The notes beneath the pieces are model-generated. The model made no database searches and was not told the DNA's origin. It was given only the letters and a program-made list of their open reading frames with translations. From Patescibacteria group bacterium (GTDB taxonomy: Bacteria > Patescibacteriota > Patescibacteriia > CAIXNZ01): a stretch of 64,000 nucleotides of DNA. Of this stretch, positions 62,825-64,000 are shown piece after piece; position 1 is the stretch's first letter; the number at the start of each line of letters is the position of its first letter. Location: assembly GCA_028714455.1 (NCBI GenBank), contig JAQTMG010000002.1, positions 38,047-102,046 of the forward strand, written 5' to 3'. The translations under genes were made by a program, and so were the position numbers.

Positions 62825-63301
62825 ATGTCAGAGGATAGAAAAATGTTTAAGGCGGTTTGCACAGAATGCGGGCAAGCGTGCGAGGTGCCGTTTGAACCAA
62901 CAGGTGAAAAGCCGGTTTATTGCGCGGCTTGTTTTGCGAAAAGGCGAGGACAGCAACAAGGCCAGTCACAAGGCGGTCGCAAAATGTATTCTGCTGTTTG
63001 CGCTAAATGCGGCAAGCCCTGCCAGGTTTCATTTCAACCCACCCAAGGCAAACCAGTTTACTGCAGTCAGTGCTTTGGCCGAGGCAATGAAAGAGGCGGC
63101 GCAGGCAATCGTCCTGATCAATTGCAAATGATAAATTCCAAACTTGATAAAATCATCAATGCTTTGATTGTAGCCAAGATTATTAAGCCAGCTAAAGAAG
63201 TTAAGCCAGAAGTTAAGAAAGTGGAAGTGAAGAAATCAGCCAAAAAAGCGGCTAAGCCAGCGGCTAAAAAAATAGCTGCGAAAAAGAAAGGGAAGAAATA
63301 G
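62825..63301 (+). CDS. tandem CxxC-x17-CxxC zinc-ribbon protein with a Lys/Ala-rich basic tail
   Basis: CTECGQAC..PVYCAACF and CAKCGKPC..PVYCSQCF, then KKSAKKAAKPAAKKIAAKKKGKK. Confidence 0.5.
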   Translation: MSEDRKMFKAVCTECGQACEVPFEPTGEKPVYCAACFAKRRGQQQGQSQGGRKMYSAVCAKCGKPCQVSFQPTQGKPVYCSQCFGRGNERGGAGNRPDQLQMINSKLDKIINALIVAKIIKPAKEVKPEVKKVEVKKSAKKAAKPAAKKIAAKKKGKK

Positions 63302-63313
63302 GTTATTGTTAAT

Positions 63314-64000
63314 ATGAAAATAGGTAGATGTTTGAATACAACCAAAGAGGAAATAGAAGCTAAAAAATTCAATATATTTATTGGCATTTCGCTTGGTAAT
63401 AAATATTTTACTAGGGAGAATATAAAAGGATATATTGACTGGGCCTTGGCAAATACCAAAGAAAAGGTTGCTATTTTAATTCCCGACAAAATTCACTCGG
63501 TAAATTATGAAGTTAAATCTGGCTACAAAAAAGAGCGAGCGGAAAAACTTGCCCATAAAGAAGGGGATAAGGTTTTGAAAATAGTTGAAAGTATTCTTGG
63601 TGAATTTGATAAAGCCCGACGCGGAATTGTAGACATCTTGACTTGGGACAAAATAGAGACGGAAGAGTATAAAAGGATGGTTAATGTTTTGCGCCAAGAA
63701 TTTTCAATCGATGATAAATTTAGAAGTTTGATTTTGGAAATTGTAAAAGAAAATGTTAAATCTGATAAATTAACTGAATCAGATTACGAAAAATTAGCAT
63801 CTTATCCACTTGAAGAACTGCCTATGCTCATAAGCGGGTTTGAATATAATGGCGTTAAATATGATTTGTTGCCATATCCCGGAATCTCAAAAATTGATTA
63901 TTTAGTACTTGATCTGCAAGAGGGCAAGAGCTTCCCAGATATTACCAGGAAATTAAATATTAAAAACAGGCTGGGACTTATTGAGGCATATGCAGAATAA
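63314..64000 (+). CDS. putative tRNA-dependent cyclodipeptide synthase (CDPS, AlbC-like)
   Basis: IFIGISLGNKYFT matches the CDPS catalytic-serine region (AlbC ALIGISAGNSYFS, Ser37); 228 aa is CDPS-sized; a LEELP region lies at the position of the AlbC catalytic Glu; intact ORF ending exactly at the window edge. Confidence 0.55.
   Translation: MKIGRCLNTTKEEIEAKKFNIFIGISLGNKYFTRENIKGYIDWALANTKEKVAILIPDKIHSVNYEVKSGYKKERAEKLAHKEGDKVLKIVESILGEFDKARRGIVDILTWDKIETEEYKRMVNVLRQEFSIDDKFRSLILEIVKENVKSDKLTESDYEKLASYPLEELPMLISGFEYNGVKYDLLPYPGISKIDYLVLDLQEGKSFPDITRKLNIKNRLGLIEAYAE

Overview
This is a 64 kb window of an AT-rich bacterial genome. The gene content looks like a reduced-genome Patescibacteria/CPR-type organism; that placement is an inference from hallmark genes, not a database hit. 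The hallmarks are a GxxExxY protein, an IVS-type four-helix-bundle gene, tandem iPGM paralogs, an Elp3 homolog and a DUF192 fusion.

The housekeeping backbone carries glycolysis genes (pgk, eno, two gpmI), ribosomal proteins L10, L7/L12 and L21, and the start of the dcw cluster (mraZ, rsmH, ftsL). It also carries recR, dnaB, pcrA, mutM, msrB, mltG, rlmH, tgt, tsaB, folD, glyA, murC and a ClpC-like ATPase.

Interspersed are visibly higher-GC accessory genes, mostly small hypotheticals. Almost all of them sit behind one conserved promoter-like motif, TTGACAAAA-N13/14-TAAGNT, with a long leader and an AAGGAGG Shine-Dalgarno sequence.

Notable content:
- a purB / purH / PAICS-like purC-purE fusion island;
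- a radical-SAM/SPASM cluster with an O-methyltransferase and small proteins;
- a Doc/Fic toxin-antitoxin pair;
- a cluster with LigD-phosphoesterase, macro and DUF488 genes;
- at the 3' end, a putative tRNA-dependent cyclodipeptide synthase next to a double CxxC lysine-tailed protein.

The non-coding DNA holds several repeat families:
- a roughly 88 bp palindromic element in three copies (core GTCATTCCGAATGTAATGAGGAATCT);
- a GTAGAGACGCG REP-like palindrome family, including one copy in-frame inside a RAYT (IS200-like) transposase gene;
- two 70 bp direct repeats bracketing a two-gene cassette;
- a tandem ~80 nt structured element upstream of glyA;
- many period-7 heptanucleotide arrays, both intergenic and in-frame inside folD, murC and elp3;
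- 9-mer TATAGYTCC arrays.

No rRNA, tRNA or CRISPR was seen. Coordinates follow the supplied ORF track; hand-counted motif coordinates may be off by 1-2 bp.
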